Shown here: piece by piece, positions 36,698 through 50,103 of the stretch
Layout: each line of letters starts with the position of its first letter
Position numbering within the stretch: the stretch's first letter is position 1
DNA from: Lama guanicoe
Taxonomy: Eukaryota
Assembly: GCA_013239625.1 (NCBI GenBank)
Contig: MU053645.1
Location: forward strand, 310,001 to 374,000
DNA: 64,000 nt
Direction of reading: 5' to 3'
The notes under the pieces: generated by a model
The model's database searches: none
The model's input: the letters and a program-made list of their open reading frames with translations, nothing else
Told to the model about the DNA's origin: nothing
Position numbers and translations under genes: made by a program

Positions 36698-37029
36698 TTC
36701 TAGTTTTCTTTCTACCCCAAGTGTCATGGAATAATACAAAATACCTTGTGGCAAAATTCTTGTCTTTCAGGAATATACAGTCTAATTTCAGTCTAAATTT
36801 TTTCACTAAACTGTTCCCAGCAGTCTCTCCTTCTTAACATTTAAGTATTCCAGTTTCTCTAAGGAATCCTGAATCTTTTTTGTAATGGGAAAAAATTATT
36901 TTATAATAGCAATATTCACTCCTAATTCTATCCATTGGGTTAAAAATGGAGCTTTTAAAATGGAGCTTTTATACATTCTTTCTTAAATAAGAATCTTTAC
37001 ATATATAATGGGTTTATCACTGGCAAATT

Positions 37030-37190
37030 GTATTAACTTGCCCAAGTCCCTTATGATCTTGGACCCTCAGTCTCCTCATTGGCAAGAGAGAAATAATTAC
37101 ATTACTCTCCACATAGTGTAGAGTAAATGAGATAATATACCAAAAATATTTAGCATAGTGCTCCACACAAGTAAATATTTTATAAATTCA
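37030..37190 (+). mobile_element. MIR fragment
   Basis: ttggaccctcagtctcctcatt...taaatgagataatatac...ttagcatagtgc. Confidence 0.6.
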
Positions 37191-37360
37191 AGTTTCATGT
37201 TATTTGAAATATTAATACATTTCTCTAGGGAAAAGTTTTGAGTTGATCCTGGCCTTTTTTATTAGTATATTGCCTCTGAGGTCCCCTGGAGACAATGCCC
37301 AAACCTGAAAGAATGAGTCTTAGTGTTGAAATTCTAAAGGTACTAAAGCAAACTGATAGG

Positions 37361-37365
37361 GTGTG

Positions 37366-37400
<35 letters not shown>
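37361..37400. repeat. (GT)20 microsatellite with one interruption
   Basis: Read directly from the sequence. Confidence 0.95.
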
Positions 37401-38536
37401 TTATAATATATTGGTCAGAAGGTGGACTTTCCCAAGCATCTATCAAATTCCTCTCTATGAAGGAAAGCACCATCTATTCTTAATGTCTATGACAGGCCCA
37501 ATAACAACAACAGATGATTATTTTTTTCCTGAATTTTACAGGTGAAAACTTTCTCCACCCTACTTCACCTTTATTCAGTATTCCATTATGGTTTCCTGTC
37601 TCTAAGATGTTCAAGAAGCTCTTCCTTAGGTCTTGACTTATATACCTGGACTCATGGAAAGACCTAAATATCTAGAAATTTCTTCACTATCTGACTATTG
37701 GTATCATTTACAACTTATACAATGTATATATTTAAGGAAAAAATAGTGCCTAAAATTTTGGTCTCTCTGGATTTTATGTGCTTTTAGTTATGGGGCTCAT
37801 CTGTGGGATAATTAATTTTGGCAAATGTTTGCTGGCCTGGTTTTCTGGAAGTAAGAGATTCTTATATAATCTGGTCCCAGGTTCTTATGAATTTCTCTAT
37901 GCTGTTCATCCAGCTGCTTTGGCTTGCCAGAGACTGCTCAATACTAAAATTTTTCATACAAAGCTCTTTGCTCTCCACCCCACCCAAACAGCTTTGCTCC
38001 CTCAGGAGTGTGATCAGAATTGAAATCACTGGAAAATTATTGTAGCTCTAATTGATGATAAAGAAATCCTGAGCTGGCCTCAGGGTTTAACAGGCTCAGA
38101 TATTTTATATGAATGGGGTTTTGACAGAGCAAATAGCATCTATAGGTTTTAATGTTAATGAAGAAGTATATTTTTCACAGACAAAAAGATGTTCTAACTT
38201 GTCATCATGAGATTTCAGTGTGGTTTTCTTTCTTTTTCTAGTTGTATGGCTAGATATGGTAATACACTTTAATTTCCTTTTGGATATTTGGGTTAAGAAT
38301 ACATACATATATATATATATATATAATCAGAATGAAGTAAACAATTTTTTAAAAAGCGTAATATTTGTGACTTATTGATGATCATGATTTTTAACTAGTG
38401 ATGCTAACTGTCCACAGATTTTAATGCTGCAGGCAGAGACCAACCAAATTTTCCATTAGTTGATGTGATAGCCCGCCAAAATATATTTAAAGTCGCTTTT
38501 CTCTCCCTGTCTTATATTGTGGCAAATCCTACCTTA

Positions 38537-39285
38537 TTCACACCCACCAAAATGACCATAATTTTTAAAAATTGAAAATAATAAATGTTGGTGAGGGTGT
38601 AAAGGAACTGGAACCCTCATACATTGCTGGTAGTAATGTAAAGTGATGCAGCTGCAGGAAAATATTCTAGCAATTGCTCAAAAATTAATCATAGAATTAA
38701 CATATGACCCAGCAATTCTGCTCCTAGGTATATAACCAAAATACTAGAAAACAAGTGTTTAAAAAAAAACCTATACATGAACGTACATAATAGCACTATT
38801 AACAATAACCAAAAGGTGGAAACAACCCAAATGTCCATCAGCTTATAAGTAGATAAACAAAATGTGGTATATCCATATTTTACTCAGCCATAAAAGAAGT
38901 GAAGTACTGATATATGCTACAGTATTGATGAACCTCAAAAATGTAATGCTAAGTGAAATATGCTAGACACAAAAATCCACAAATTGAATGATTCTATTTA
39001 TATTAAGTATCCAGAATAAGCAAATACATAGAGCCAGGAAGCAGATTGGTGGTCGCCAAAGGCTGAGGGGAGGAGGGAAGAAGTAGTAGTGAGCACTTAA
39101 TGGGTATGGCGTTTTCTTTTGGTGTGATGAAAATGTTTTGGAACTAGAAAATGTTATGGAACTAGATGAAAATGTTCTGAAACTATTGGTTACGCAACAT
39201 TCTAAATGTACTAAGTGTCACTTAATTGTACACTTTAAATGGTTAATTTTATGTTACATGAATTTTACCTCCAAAAATGTAAAAA
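38537..39285 (+). mobile_element. L1MB-like 3' fragment
   Basis: ggaactggaaccctcatacattgctggt...catatgacccagcaatt...ggaaacaacccaaatgtccatc...cttaatgggtat...gatgaaaatgttttggaactaga. Confidence 0.88.
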
Positions 39286-39639
39286 AGTTTTGTTGGTATA
39301 TCAAGGAACTCTACTGGCTTCTTTAGAAGGCAGTAAGCTGTTGCCTTCATGTTGCTTTTGTGGAAATCTGTGTTACAGCAGTTAGGTTCGCATTTTGCAC
39401 TCTGAATTGAATTGGCTTTTAGAGGGCAGAAGATACAGAAAAAGACTGCTTTGAGGTAAAGTAATATATTTAAAAAAAACAGTGTTAGCCATTTGAGCAC
39501 TCTACTGTCCAGTTAAAAGGCTCTTAAAGTCGTCTGGGTCAACCTAATCTCTAATTACAACTCTCTTGGGTGTCATAGATCATAGCCATTGAAAATCAAT
39601 GGGTCTAACTGAAACACTAACTTTTGTTTAACTTGTCAC

Positions 39640-40040
39640 ATTTTATGCTCCAGTAACAATATCCTGTTTGCACTTCTCCAGACGTGCATGCTGTTTCATT
39701 TCTTGTTCTCTTTGTATTTTCAGTACTTTGTGTTTTGAATGCCCTTCTTTCTCTTGGTCATCTAGCAAACTTAAACTCTTAAGACCTAACTTCAAAGTGT
39801 CACCTCCTCAACAAGACTTAGTTTTCCCTCCTGCTTTTCTACCTAATATCTTGTACATACTTCTGTTAATCAACTTAGGACATTTAATTATAATTACACA
39901 CTTGAATTTCTAATTTCCACATACACTGATTTCTCCAGAATAGGAAACTTATCCATTTTGATCTCTGCTGTGTTCTTTTTGCGTCATAAATTGCTGGACC
40001 TATAAGAGGAACTCATAAATGTATATTAAGTGATTTAATT
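39640..40040 (+). mobile_element. L2 3' region fragment
   Basis: ttatgctccagtaaca...gaatgcccttc...aagtgtcacctcctc...actcataaatgtatatt. Confidence 0.6.
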
Positions 40041-40892
40041 ATGCAGAAGACAGTCTGATGTTGGTTTTCTTGGAGGCAGGAGAATAATGAAAAGACCCTT
40101 GGAAATCTGGTAATATCTGAGGGAGATTTCAGCTGCCACGGAATTCTTTTTTGAGAATTTTAGCCCCAAGGAATCCTGTCTCAAAGCCTCAATCATCTAT
40201 CTCCTCCCAAGATACAAAGTCTCTGCTGTTTTGTTCCCAGTTTATCCAGTTGAGAAAGGTTCCTGATTATTTGTGCTGGCAAGAGTATTTCCTGTAGATG
40301 CTCTTAATGTAAAATACAGCATTCTGAGATCATGGGATCTACACTGAAGAACTTTTTTCTACTTGTATCTGCTGCCATGGCTCAATTGTTCTGAAGACTT
40401 GGACACTTTTTTTGTGACCTGATTTTCTCTAAAAAAGACAACTCCCTCATCCCTAGAGCCCTTGAAGGTCTCTAGAAGCTTTAGCAAGGCAGATGGGTCG
40501 GCCAACCTCAGCACTCTGCCAGTTTCCATCCTGTACATGTTTTTAACCCTCAGGGTAGAGTGAATGCCTGGAGATATTCTTTCATAACATTTATTTGGCA
40601 AGAAAAATAGAAAAAAGTGATAGCAGCCAAGGGTCACAGTTTCTACATTCTGCAAGAATATCTTTAAGCATAGTCTGCTTTTATTTTTGTAAGCAAAAAG
40701 CTCATAATTTTGTGATAACTCCTTGCATGATCTTTTTTGTTTTGTTTTGTTCCTGGGATGGGGCTATCACAGCTATAATTGTAGATTGCTTATATTTGCA
40801 TTTTTGCTTTACTTGAAAGTGTTAAGCTATATCCCCTACTTTTTCTCTTCTTATGCATCCCATCCTTCCTATGTTTAATTTTCAACTTCTAA

Positions 40893-41095
40893 AAGGGGCA
40901 CTCTTATTGTGGGGACTACTGGCCCTTAATGACACCCATAGATGGACTTCTGGAAATATATAAACCCTCAGATTTGTGAGCTGAGGAAAATTATGTATAA
41001 TTGTATATGTGTGCATCTTTTTGACAAATAGGATCCATAAATCTCCCCAAATTCTCAATATGGTCTATGAGCCAAAAATATGTTCAGAATTCTCA
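40893..41095. mobile_element. MER103C-like hAT-Charlie remnant
   Basis: ccatagatggacttc...gtgtgcatcttt...ggatccataa...aaattctcaatatggtctatgagccaaaaa. Confidence 0.55.
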
Positions 41096-42534
41096 CTGTA
41101 TACAAACCTAGACAAATCTGCCTCTTCAGAGAATAAAATAAGTGTCTCTGGCCCAAAAAGGAGTTTCTTCTCAGGAGGAGGTTTCTCTTTCTTTGTGATG
41201 CTCTCATGAAATGAGACTAGAACTCTCTGGACTATAAAAACTGGTTTGGAGATTGTACCCTCAAACCTAGAGTTTGAATCTCCTTGTTAGAGCTGCTGGA
41301 ACTTACAGACTACAGGCTAAGCTGTTAGAAGTCACATAAAAATCACCAGTTGTAGCTCCTAAAGGAGAAACAGCTAAGGAACTGTTGCTGGACTTATAAA
41401 TCTTTTTCAAATATTTGAGGTCCAGTTGTTATTTGTAGGTTGCTGGAGAAAATGTTCCAGCATATTAATATCTGTGAATTTATATGTGTAAACCTGTGTA
41501 CATTTCTTTATCAATCTGCGTTTATTCAGCACTCTAAGATGATTTACACCCTCCTAGTCCCTGAAAACCCTGAGGACAGAGTGTTACACATACTCCCAAT
41601 TATTTATGCATAAAAATATGAGGTTTGGCTATTGGACCCACTGACATAGCTAAACATTTTTGGCCTCCTCACAAGGTAAAGAGTGGAGATGTGGCGGTTT
41701 GTGGACTTACATTCCATAGTCTGCATTGGTCTGTGGGGGAAGTGAAAAATGGAGAGAAAAAGTTTCTTCAATTTCTTAGGCTACTCTCTCAGAAACAAAG
41801 TTTCATCCACTGAGGCACAACATCAGAATTAGGACATTTTCAAGTTTTGTCACTTTGGAGCTCTAACTTCCGCCCTTAAGTCACCCTTTTCCCCAATACT
41901 ATTCCCTATGTATACACTTGCCTTGGTGAGACTGGGGGGAGGGTTACATATGAAGTGCATATATTTCACATTTGATACATTTTATTTCTTGTCTAGCATC
42001 ATAAAAGCAGGAGCCATGATTTTAAACTACATGCACAATGTTCAGCATATAATAGATACTCAATATCTACTGACTTGATTTTGATTTTTCATGTTGACTA
42101 ACAATTTCTGACCTTTAGTGACTTAAAATAATCTCTCTAACTCCTCGAGATAGGGTAGTTGGAATTTCATTTAAAGGTATAAAGCCTTTATAACAGATAT
42201 CACTGGGCAAATTTGGCTTCAGACAGCCAAATTCAGGAATTCTTTTCTTAGTGGTGGTCAACATATTTGGATCTAGTTAGATTGGATATACTAGTTAGAC
42301 TGGACAAGACTGGAAGCTTCCAAAACTTGCTTTCATTCACATAAGCATGACAGATGGCCCTTCTAATAGGTACATTAAAATACAGGGAAAAAAGCCAGTT
42401 TCCAAAATTGTTCCACATGGTAAGGTTTGTATTGTTTAGTTCAAGTCAGTTTGGTGCTGTGCAAGGAAGTTTTGTACAAGGGCTAGTCAGATGAACTGTT
42501 CTTCCAACAAATCCTTCTTTCCTAGGAGTTTATT

Positions 42535-43400
42535 GACCATCCATTAAAATGTAAGCTCTATGGGGGTGTGCAATTGTGTTTATTTTGTTCACTTTAGTAA
42601 CCTAGTGACTAGAACAGTGTCTGGCAGAGGGTGTGCTCAGTAAAACTTTCCAAGTAGGCTCAATCAAGAAGAGCTTCGTGAGCAGTGCCTATATGCCTAA
42701 CAAAGTAGTAATTCCTCTGAAAGTACAAAGTAACTTTTAAATATGAAGCAATCCTCATCCTCCATAAATTTAGAATCCACCTGAGAAAATGAAATAAACA
42801 GTTATAAAAACAATTACACATTAAAGCACCCAGACCAGAAACAGAAAGATCCGAGTTCTCTTTATGGCTCTGCTCCTAATATGCTGGGTTAGCTTGCACA
42901 AGTCACTGTATTTGGGAGCATTTTCATTTCCTCATTTGGAAAATTGTGGATTACATAAAATTAGAGGTTGAAAATAATTCAGCACTGTGTTTACAAATTC
43001 AGAGAAACCAGAAACATAGTGTGTTGTAATAGCCAAAGAAAGTGTCAGGTAAAAGATGGGCTAGAACTCAGCCTTGAAAGATGAATATTATTTAATTTTT
43101 AGAAGGGGAAGATTAAAAGAATTTCAGAAAGAACTACAGTACATACAAAGGCATGAAGTAAAATATGAGTTTGACTTAGCTAGAATGTCGTCAATAATTG
43201 AGAATGTATTTTGGAGAAGAGGGAGAAATGAGGTTGCCAAGCGGGAGGATTTCAGGTAGTAAGAAGTGTAAAGTGTCAGAAGAGAGATTTGGACCCAATT
43301 AAGGGATAAGAATTGGTCATATGTAGAGTGTGTTTGTGTGTGTATCTATAGTGCTTAGAACATTGCCTGGCACAGAGTGAACTCCATCTATGTCTAAACA
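42535..43400. mobile_element. Cluster of degraded L2 and MIR fragments
   Basis: aatgtaagctctatggggg...gactagaacagtgtctggc (L2 end); gagttctctttatggctctgctcctaa...tttcctcatttggaaaat (MIR); gtgcttagaacattgcctggcacagagt. Confidence 0.6.
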
Positions 43401-43404
43401 ATTA

Positions 43405-43417
43405 TGTGTGTGTGTGT

Positions 43418-43451
<34 letters not shown>

Positions 43452-43460
43452 GAGAGAGAG
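43405..43460. repeat. Compound (TG)n(AG)n microsatellite
   Basis: Read directly from the sequence. Confidence 0.95.
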
Positions 43461-43604
43461 AAAGTTGGGGAGGAGGGGAGGAGGTAAATAAAAATTGAGT
43501 GGAAAGATTAGTCTGACAATAGCTTAATAGTGTTGAGGATGGATTAGAAGACAGATCAGCTAGATGGGTGTTTCAGCTATCTGAGCACATAATCATGGGG
43601 CTAC

Positions 43605-44180
43605 AATCATAGATCTCAGTTGGAAATATTCTTAGATATCAAGTATTTTAACCTCACACTTGAAGTAGAAATCCTTTCTACATTCTCTCAGTCTCTGACA
43701 GTTTGCAGTGACAAGAGTTTACTATTTTGCAAGGCATCCCATTCCATTTATGGATATTTTTTATCCTTAGACAGAGTTTTCTGATCCTGAGCCTAAATTT
43801 GCCTCCTCATGACTTCTACTCATTATCTTGGTTCTCCCCTTGGGACTACATTGAATATGTCTAATTTTGACTCCATTTCATATTCTGGCTAAATCTTCTC
43901 TTTCAGAAAAACGCTTCCAGTTTCTCCAATCATCCCTCCCTGGCATGATTTCAGAAACTTTGACATCAGGACTATCTTCTTCTGAAATCTCTCTAGACTG
44001 GTAAAGTTCCTTTTAGAATGTGGGTGCTCAGCAGTAGACACAGCATACCAGATATCATCTAGCTAGTGTTGAGTTCCTCCCTTGAACTAGGCATTCTATT
44101 TGTATTGCTCTGCCCTAACATTGCATTTGCTTTCTAAGTAGCTACATCACATTATTGACTCATTTCAACTTCTGATTGCC
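43605..44180 (-). mobile_element. L3/CR1 3' remnant
   Basis: aaggcatcccattccatt...tgagcctaaatttgcctcct..acttctactcatt...cctaacattgcatttgcttt...cacattattgactcat. Confidence 0.7.
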
Positions 44181-44679
44181 TAAAAGCCACAACTAATGAG
44201 CCACAATGGCTTATTGACCAGATGAAATTCCTATTTACTATTTTGGCATTTTTTACCTATTGATATATTTGTGCATGGAAAATCCAGGAGACTAGGCAAG
44301 TTGAAAAACTACTTCTTTCTTAAAAACATCTAGGGTTATTATTATTTGGGGGAAGAAGAGAGTGTTGAAATACAGTTACATCTCAATATTTCAAGACTAC
44401 TTGGAAGATCTATTTACTGAATTAGTGAAAAGTCTGAATCACTTTCTAGTGTGAAAAAAATACTAGAAATAAAAATAGTAATTGGAATAAAGACTTTCAT
44501 ATTTTCAAGGGGAGGATATGTCAGCCATCTTTGATGAATAGACATGACTTGCAATTAACAGTACCCTACCTTACATACATTTCATGGTTAAAATCCTTTA
44601 AAACAGTAATGCTCACTGTTGGACATTAATTCAACAAGCCAACTTTTTTTCCTCTATAGAGCAGATAGGAAAATACAGG

Positions 44680-44912
44680 TAATAGCTGACACTTTTATAA
44701 AAACTACTATATGTGAGGCTCTCATCTAAGCACTTTACACACTCACTTAAACTTCTCAGCATTCCATAAAGTGGGCACTATTGTTATCATCACCTCCTCA
44801 TCTCTATTTTACAGCTGAGGAAACTGAGGTATTGAGAATTTAAGTGACTTCCACAAAGCCAGTAACTTCAAATACAGAATTTAAATCCAGATGGTCTTGC
44901 TCTAGAGTTGGT
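44680..44912 (-). mobile_element. MIR SINE
   Basis: ttttacagctgaggaaactgaggtattgagaatttaagtgactt. Confidence 0.8.
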
Positions 44913-45329
44913 GCTGATAGTACTTCTCATATCTAAACACTCATCTTAATCAGAATAGTAGAATCCAAATAATGTCTTACAGTATCTAGAAAATATCCCC
45001 AACTTGCTAAGAAGACCAAAGTTAAGTATAAAGTAAGTTCCTATACTCCAGATGAACATATCTTCTCTCCTGCAAGTGGTGGTGGTGATAGTTGTGGTGG
45101 TGGGGGGGGCGGTTCACAACTGATTCTGGACCCTTTGTGTATGTAGTATACTTGACTAATACCATTTTAGAATCTCGCAGATGAATCCATGTGACATAAA
45201 GATGTTTGAGAAGATTTAAAGTTACATGAATTGGCCAGATGTTGGCTGCCCTCTACCTGAAAAAGTAGACAGATGGATGAATATCTTAAGAATCCAGTCT
45301 ATGAACTTCTGAGAGCATGATTGGAATAA

Positions 45330-45490
45330 TGGAAAGAGAGGTCAAATAGGAATCTACTTTTGGCTCTGCCACTAATTAGCTCGCTGGCTTTGGATAAGTT
45401 ACTTAACCTTTCTGAATCTCAGTTTCTCCATGTTTAAAATAAGAGGATTAGATGATATCTCAGGACTCTTCCAATCCTAACGTTCCATGT
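45330..45490 (+). mobile_element. MIR3-like SINE
   Basis: ggctctgccactaattagc...aagttacttaacctttctgaatctcagtttctcc...gattagatgatatctcaggactcttcca. Confidence 0.75.
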
Positions 45491-46724
45491 TTTAAGAGAT
45501 TAAAAGAAGCCAATGGTAGAGAAGTAGAGAAAAAAGTTAAAGAACTGCCATAAATAAAGAAATAAAGTCTAGCCTTGGTCCCACCATTTTTAATCATCCT
45601 GGGTTGTAACTGAAAAACAAAGAAGCAGTTCAATGAACCTCATCCTCTACAATGTGGCTCAGAACTGGCTTTGTTCACATTAAAGGAAAGGGAAGGAAAA
45701 AACAAATATTTCAACCTAATAAAGCTAATTTCATGTGAATTGGCATCAGTGCAAAACAAATTAGATGAGTAGTTTACAGTATATCTCCCATAATAATCTG
45801 GCTTGTCTTGAAATGTCGAGCTTTTTAAATAAATTTTACTGCTTGTCTATGGCTTTGTGGTTCCATCGTGCTCAAGGAAAAATGCTGACAACTTGTTTTC
45901 TGTTTCCACTGGCAGCATTACTGTTTTTGAATTGAAATGATAAATGGTTGGATATGGTGCAATGGTTGAACTCTGAATTCTATACTGATATTCTATATTT
46001 CTCTTTAATGAACACATTTTTATTCCCAGGTAGATTTCCACCATGTAATAGTTTTAATCAGTGAAAAATTATATGGATTTTGATTGTGATACTTGAAAAA
46101 GGTTGTGTCCTAATTTAGGCTTTTCTTCATTATATGGGAGTCCTTTTGAGAAGACCAACTTTGAGGAGAAAATTCTTTTTTTCACTTGGAGAAACCCCGG
46201 TGTATGGAATATTTTCCTAATTTTCTTTTATCCATGCCTTTCAAAGCATTTGAGATTGTATTTTCACCACACATATTGCCAAATACAGCGCTAGAGATCT
46301 GGAAATACTCATTTTGATCTAAAGGAAAGTTTTTTTGGGGGGGCGGGGAGTGGGGGTAAGTTTGGCCATGTGCTTACACAACTGAGCACTATGTGATAAT
46401 CAAAACCAATTCCCCAAATTTGACCTTAGTCCTTTGATACCTTATTTGAGACTTCGGGGGAAAGCTTAAACCTCTACATCTTCATCTGTCAAATGAGCTG
46501 ATCTAAGTTCCAAACAACATTGTACTCAATGATTTTTAACCACTGTGGAAGATGGGGCAATCACAAAAGGTTGGTATTTGTATTAAGTAGTGTTGTTTAT
46601 ATTAACAAAATTATTCATAGGTTAAGCGTACTCATATTGGGTCCTCTGTTTGGTGTCCACCTAACTCCTACTCCTATCTTCAGCATAATCCCAACATTTC
46701 CTTTGTACCCAGACCTTTTGTATT

Positions 46725-46838
46725 CCATGTCACTTGAGCAGGTCACTTAGTCTCTGGACTTCAGTTTTCTCATAAGTAAAATAAAGGGATTGAAATAGAT
46801 GATCTTGCAGACCCCCATTCAGCTCTAAAGTTATGTGA
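46725..46838 (+). mobile_element. MIR3-like SINE fragment
   Basis: cttgagcaggtcacttagtctctggacttcagttttctcat...tagatgatctt...ttcagctctaa. Confidence 0.7.
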
Positions 46839-48019
46839 GTCAATACTTGCGTTAATGTGGTATCTAGTAAATTTGCTTTACTTCCTGCTAGAGGAGTTTC
46901 ATAGAATCATAAAGGCCAGATTGTGGCAACTCCCTGGGAATATTATGACTTAAGCTAGTTAAAATTATTTTAGAACACTAATGATAGGTATTTCAGGGAC
47001 TTCCTCATGAATTTTGATTTCTTTAAAGTCACACTCCATAAGTGGCTACATATTTTCTTTACACCTATAGTCAACTCTCTCCGCTGCTTTTCAGGTAGCA
47101 AATATCCAGTCCTTTCATAAGCAGAAGGAAAGATTTACATGTATTCTTTGGACTTAACTCCTTACTCATTTAGTGGAGTTCAGATCCTCTTAGGAAATAA
47201 ACAATATTTCTGAGGAGTTTCTTTAGCAAATTGTCCTTTACTGTTGGTATCATCCCAGCCATACTTTCCCAGATAGTTCATTATGATCAACTCTTCCAAA
47301 ATACTGTCTCATTCTAAAAGCAATCACTTCTCACAAATGCTACTCATGAATTACATGTCTTCTTTAAGGTAAAAAAAAAATCTCTTGAAAAACACGTCAT
47401 CTAGTGATAGTATCAACAAGATTCCTAATAAGAGTCTGGGCATTTTAAATTTTTATGACAAGAAACCAGCTTGATTTTACCCAGGTTAAGGAAATAGACA
47501 AGCCATGTTGGAATTTTTTTTCTTTTGGCTTCTCTTTTAAAACAGAACAAAATGACAAATCCAAATTTGAGACATCTGGATGTTTCCCATCATGTGGCTT
47601 AAACATCTGCATTTTTTCACTTCTCATCCAGATGTTTTGGTCTTATGTAAACCTAGCTAAAGTGAAGGAGAATATCAAGCAATCATCTGGGGACTTTGAT
47701 TAACATGGACAGCAAATCTGAATAATCCATGTTCTGAGAGTCCTGTTTTTTGTCTCACTCAGAACACATTACAAATGAGGTCAAAAGTTATTGTAGGTTT
47801 GTTCCTTGTATGGGCCAGTTAGCTCTGATTTGTTCCATGACCACAGAATGCACCTCTAGCCTCAGCCAGCTGTCTGGAAAATGAGTGTCCTTGGTCCTAC
47901 AGGCAGTCATGCAAGAAACTGAATAGGCAATCTCTACCAATTGGGAAGTAAAATAAAAATGTATCTCCCATATATGGTGGGTCAATGGTGCCATTTTTGT
48001 ATAAAAATAATTATAATTA

Positions 48020-48180
48020 TAATACTGACTGTATTGTCTATTTTGTGTCAAATACTGTCCTTAGCACTTTAGCTGCATAAAGTCACAATGTTCACAACAA
48101 TCCTGTGTGTATTATTATTATCTTCATTTCACAGGTGAGGAAATAGGAGCACAGAAGGTCAAATACTTTGCCCAAGATGA
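48020..48180 (-). mobile_element. MIR fragment
   Basis: cacaacaatcctgtg...catttcacaggtgaggaaataggagcacagaaggtcaaatactttgcccaag. Confidence 0.75.
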
Positions 48181-49038
48181 AAATGCAAGGCATTCTCACT
48201 TTTTTCTGTTCATTTTCCCACATCCCCTCTGTCAAGAAGGTCAGGGGGACTTACAATGTATTGACTCTCTAGAAAATATATCAAAAGAGGAGGGAAACTT
48301 GGATATTCCTGCATACTGAATTCATTGGTGGAACTGTTACTGTGGCATGCCCTGTGCCCAATAAAAGAGACTAATGTAATTCCTATTCTTCTACCCAACA
48401 TGATAATTATAGGCATAAAAGTACTCTAAAAAGAAAGGCACTGTTTTTGTTGGCAATAAGTCAGTATATACAGTATATATTTAGGAAAAAGGACTATGTG
48501 GTTAGGAGAAATGAATTACGTTGGGTGGCCTCAGAACTAAATTGTCTGAATGCTCTGAGGAAGGATGATTTGTTTGACTGGCAAATTGCTTAAGAGAGTT
48601 TTCTCTCCAACCACAAATTGACTTAGAATCCTAAAATTCTGGACCTAGACAGTACATAAAGAGATAATCTAATCTTTTTTCTTTTTTTTTAAACTTCGAA
48701 ACAAAATAAATTACTTGTTGAAAGAAGCAGATGAAAAAAATATATATTCCTTTTATAATTTTAAAGACTCCAGGAATTGCAACTTCATAGATGTTCTCAA
48801 ATTCATTTATCCATTTATCAAGAAATGTGATGTGAGCACCTTCTCTGTTATGTGTGCTTCGATTATAACAAGAAGTAAGACATGACTATTGATCTTCAGA
48901 AACTCTTCATCTAGTCTGGTGTTTCCTGCTTCAGAAAATAAAGGCTCTCCTTCCTATAACTTTCCTGCCTATTTTGTTTTTGTTTTGTTTTGTTTTATCT
49001 TCTGACATTATGGAAAAGAAATGCTCAATTCTTACTAA

Positions 49039-49399
49039 TGGATACTATGTTCATTAAATTCCATTTCCTTTTCCTTCTGGGCAAACAGCTAGACTACATT
49101 TCTTACCCCCCAAAATCTTCCCCCTCTCCCCCCATCTTAGAATGTAAGTGGTTTTATGGGCCATTTGGGACCAACTTCCATTCCCTCTTTCTTTGCCCAT
49201 CTACTGGCTGAATGAAGAGGTTTCTTTGGACCTAGAAGAGATCAAAGAAACAAAATGAAAAGAGTCTATCTCTGAATGACTGTGGAGCAGAGCTCTTCTC
49301 CTAACCCCATCCAGTCCTCATTGGACTGATTGGAACAGGCACTACATGCAGGATTTGGGTTGTTGTCCTTAACAACAGTTATCTATTCTTACTAATACA
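49039..49399 (+). mobile_element. MLT1J-like solo LTR
   Basis: ccttctgggcaaacagctagactacatttc...tgactgtggagcagagc...actaataCA. Confidence 0.65.
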
Positions 49400-49614
49400 A
49401 TGTCCCTTAAAAAATTTCTTCATAGTTTTAAAGACAGTAATCACTCTGCCTTCACTTTTGGTGAAAATTTGGTTCCTTGTATTCAAGACTTACTTGGTTA
49501 TCAATTCCTTATTGTTCTTCAAAAGTCTACTCTCTGCACCCCCTCCCAACACTCCAACACACTTCAACATGTCCTTTTTTGCTCTTTGTGATCATTGTCT
49601 ATTTTCTCTGTTTT

Positions 49615-50061
49615 TTCTTTCATTTATTATATATTTTTGAAGTGGAGTTGATTTACAATATTGTGATAGTTTCAGATGTACAGCAAAGTGATTTGGTTAT
49701 ATATACATGTATATATATACTTTTTCAATTTTTTTCCATTATAATTTATTATAACATGTTGAACATAGTTCTCTGTGCTGTACAGTAGATCCTTGTTGTT
49801 TATCTATTTCATTTATGGTAGTGTACATCTGTTACTCCCATACTCCCAATTTATCCCTTTCCTTCTCTTCGGTTTGTTTTCTGTCTGTCTTTTTTTTTTG
49901 TAAATAAGTTCATTTGCACTATTTTTTAGATTCCATAAGTGATATCATATAATATTTGTCTTTCTCTGATTTAATTCACTTAGTATGATAATCTCTAGGT
50001 CTATCTATGTTGCTGCAAATGGCATGATTTCATTATTTTTTATGGCTGAGTAACATTCCAT

Positions 50062-50103
<42 letters not shown>

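Noticed and set aside
13183..42310. Scattered short tandem duplications (13183/13201, near 31693, 34874-34914, 36943-36970, near 42272)
   Set aside because: Two-copy slippage duplications of 12-19 bp, unrelated to each other; not an array or CRISPR.
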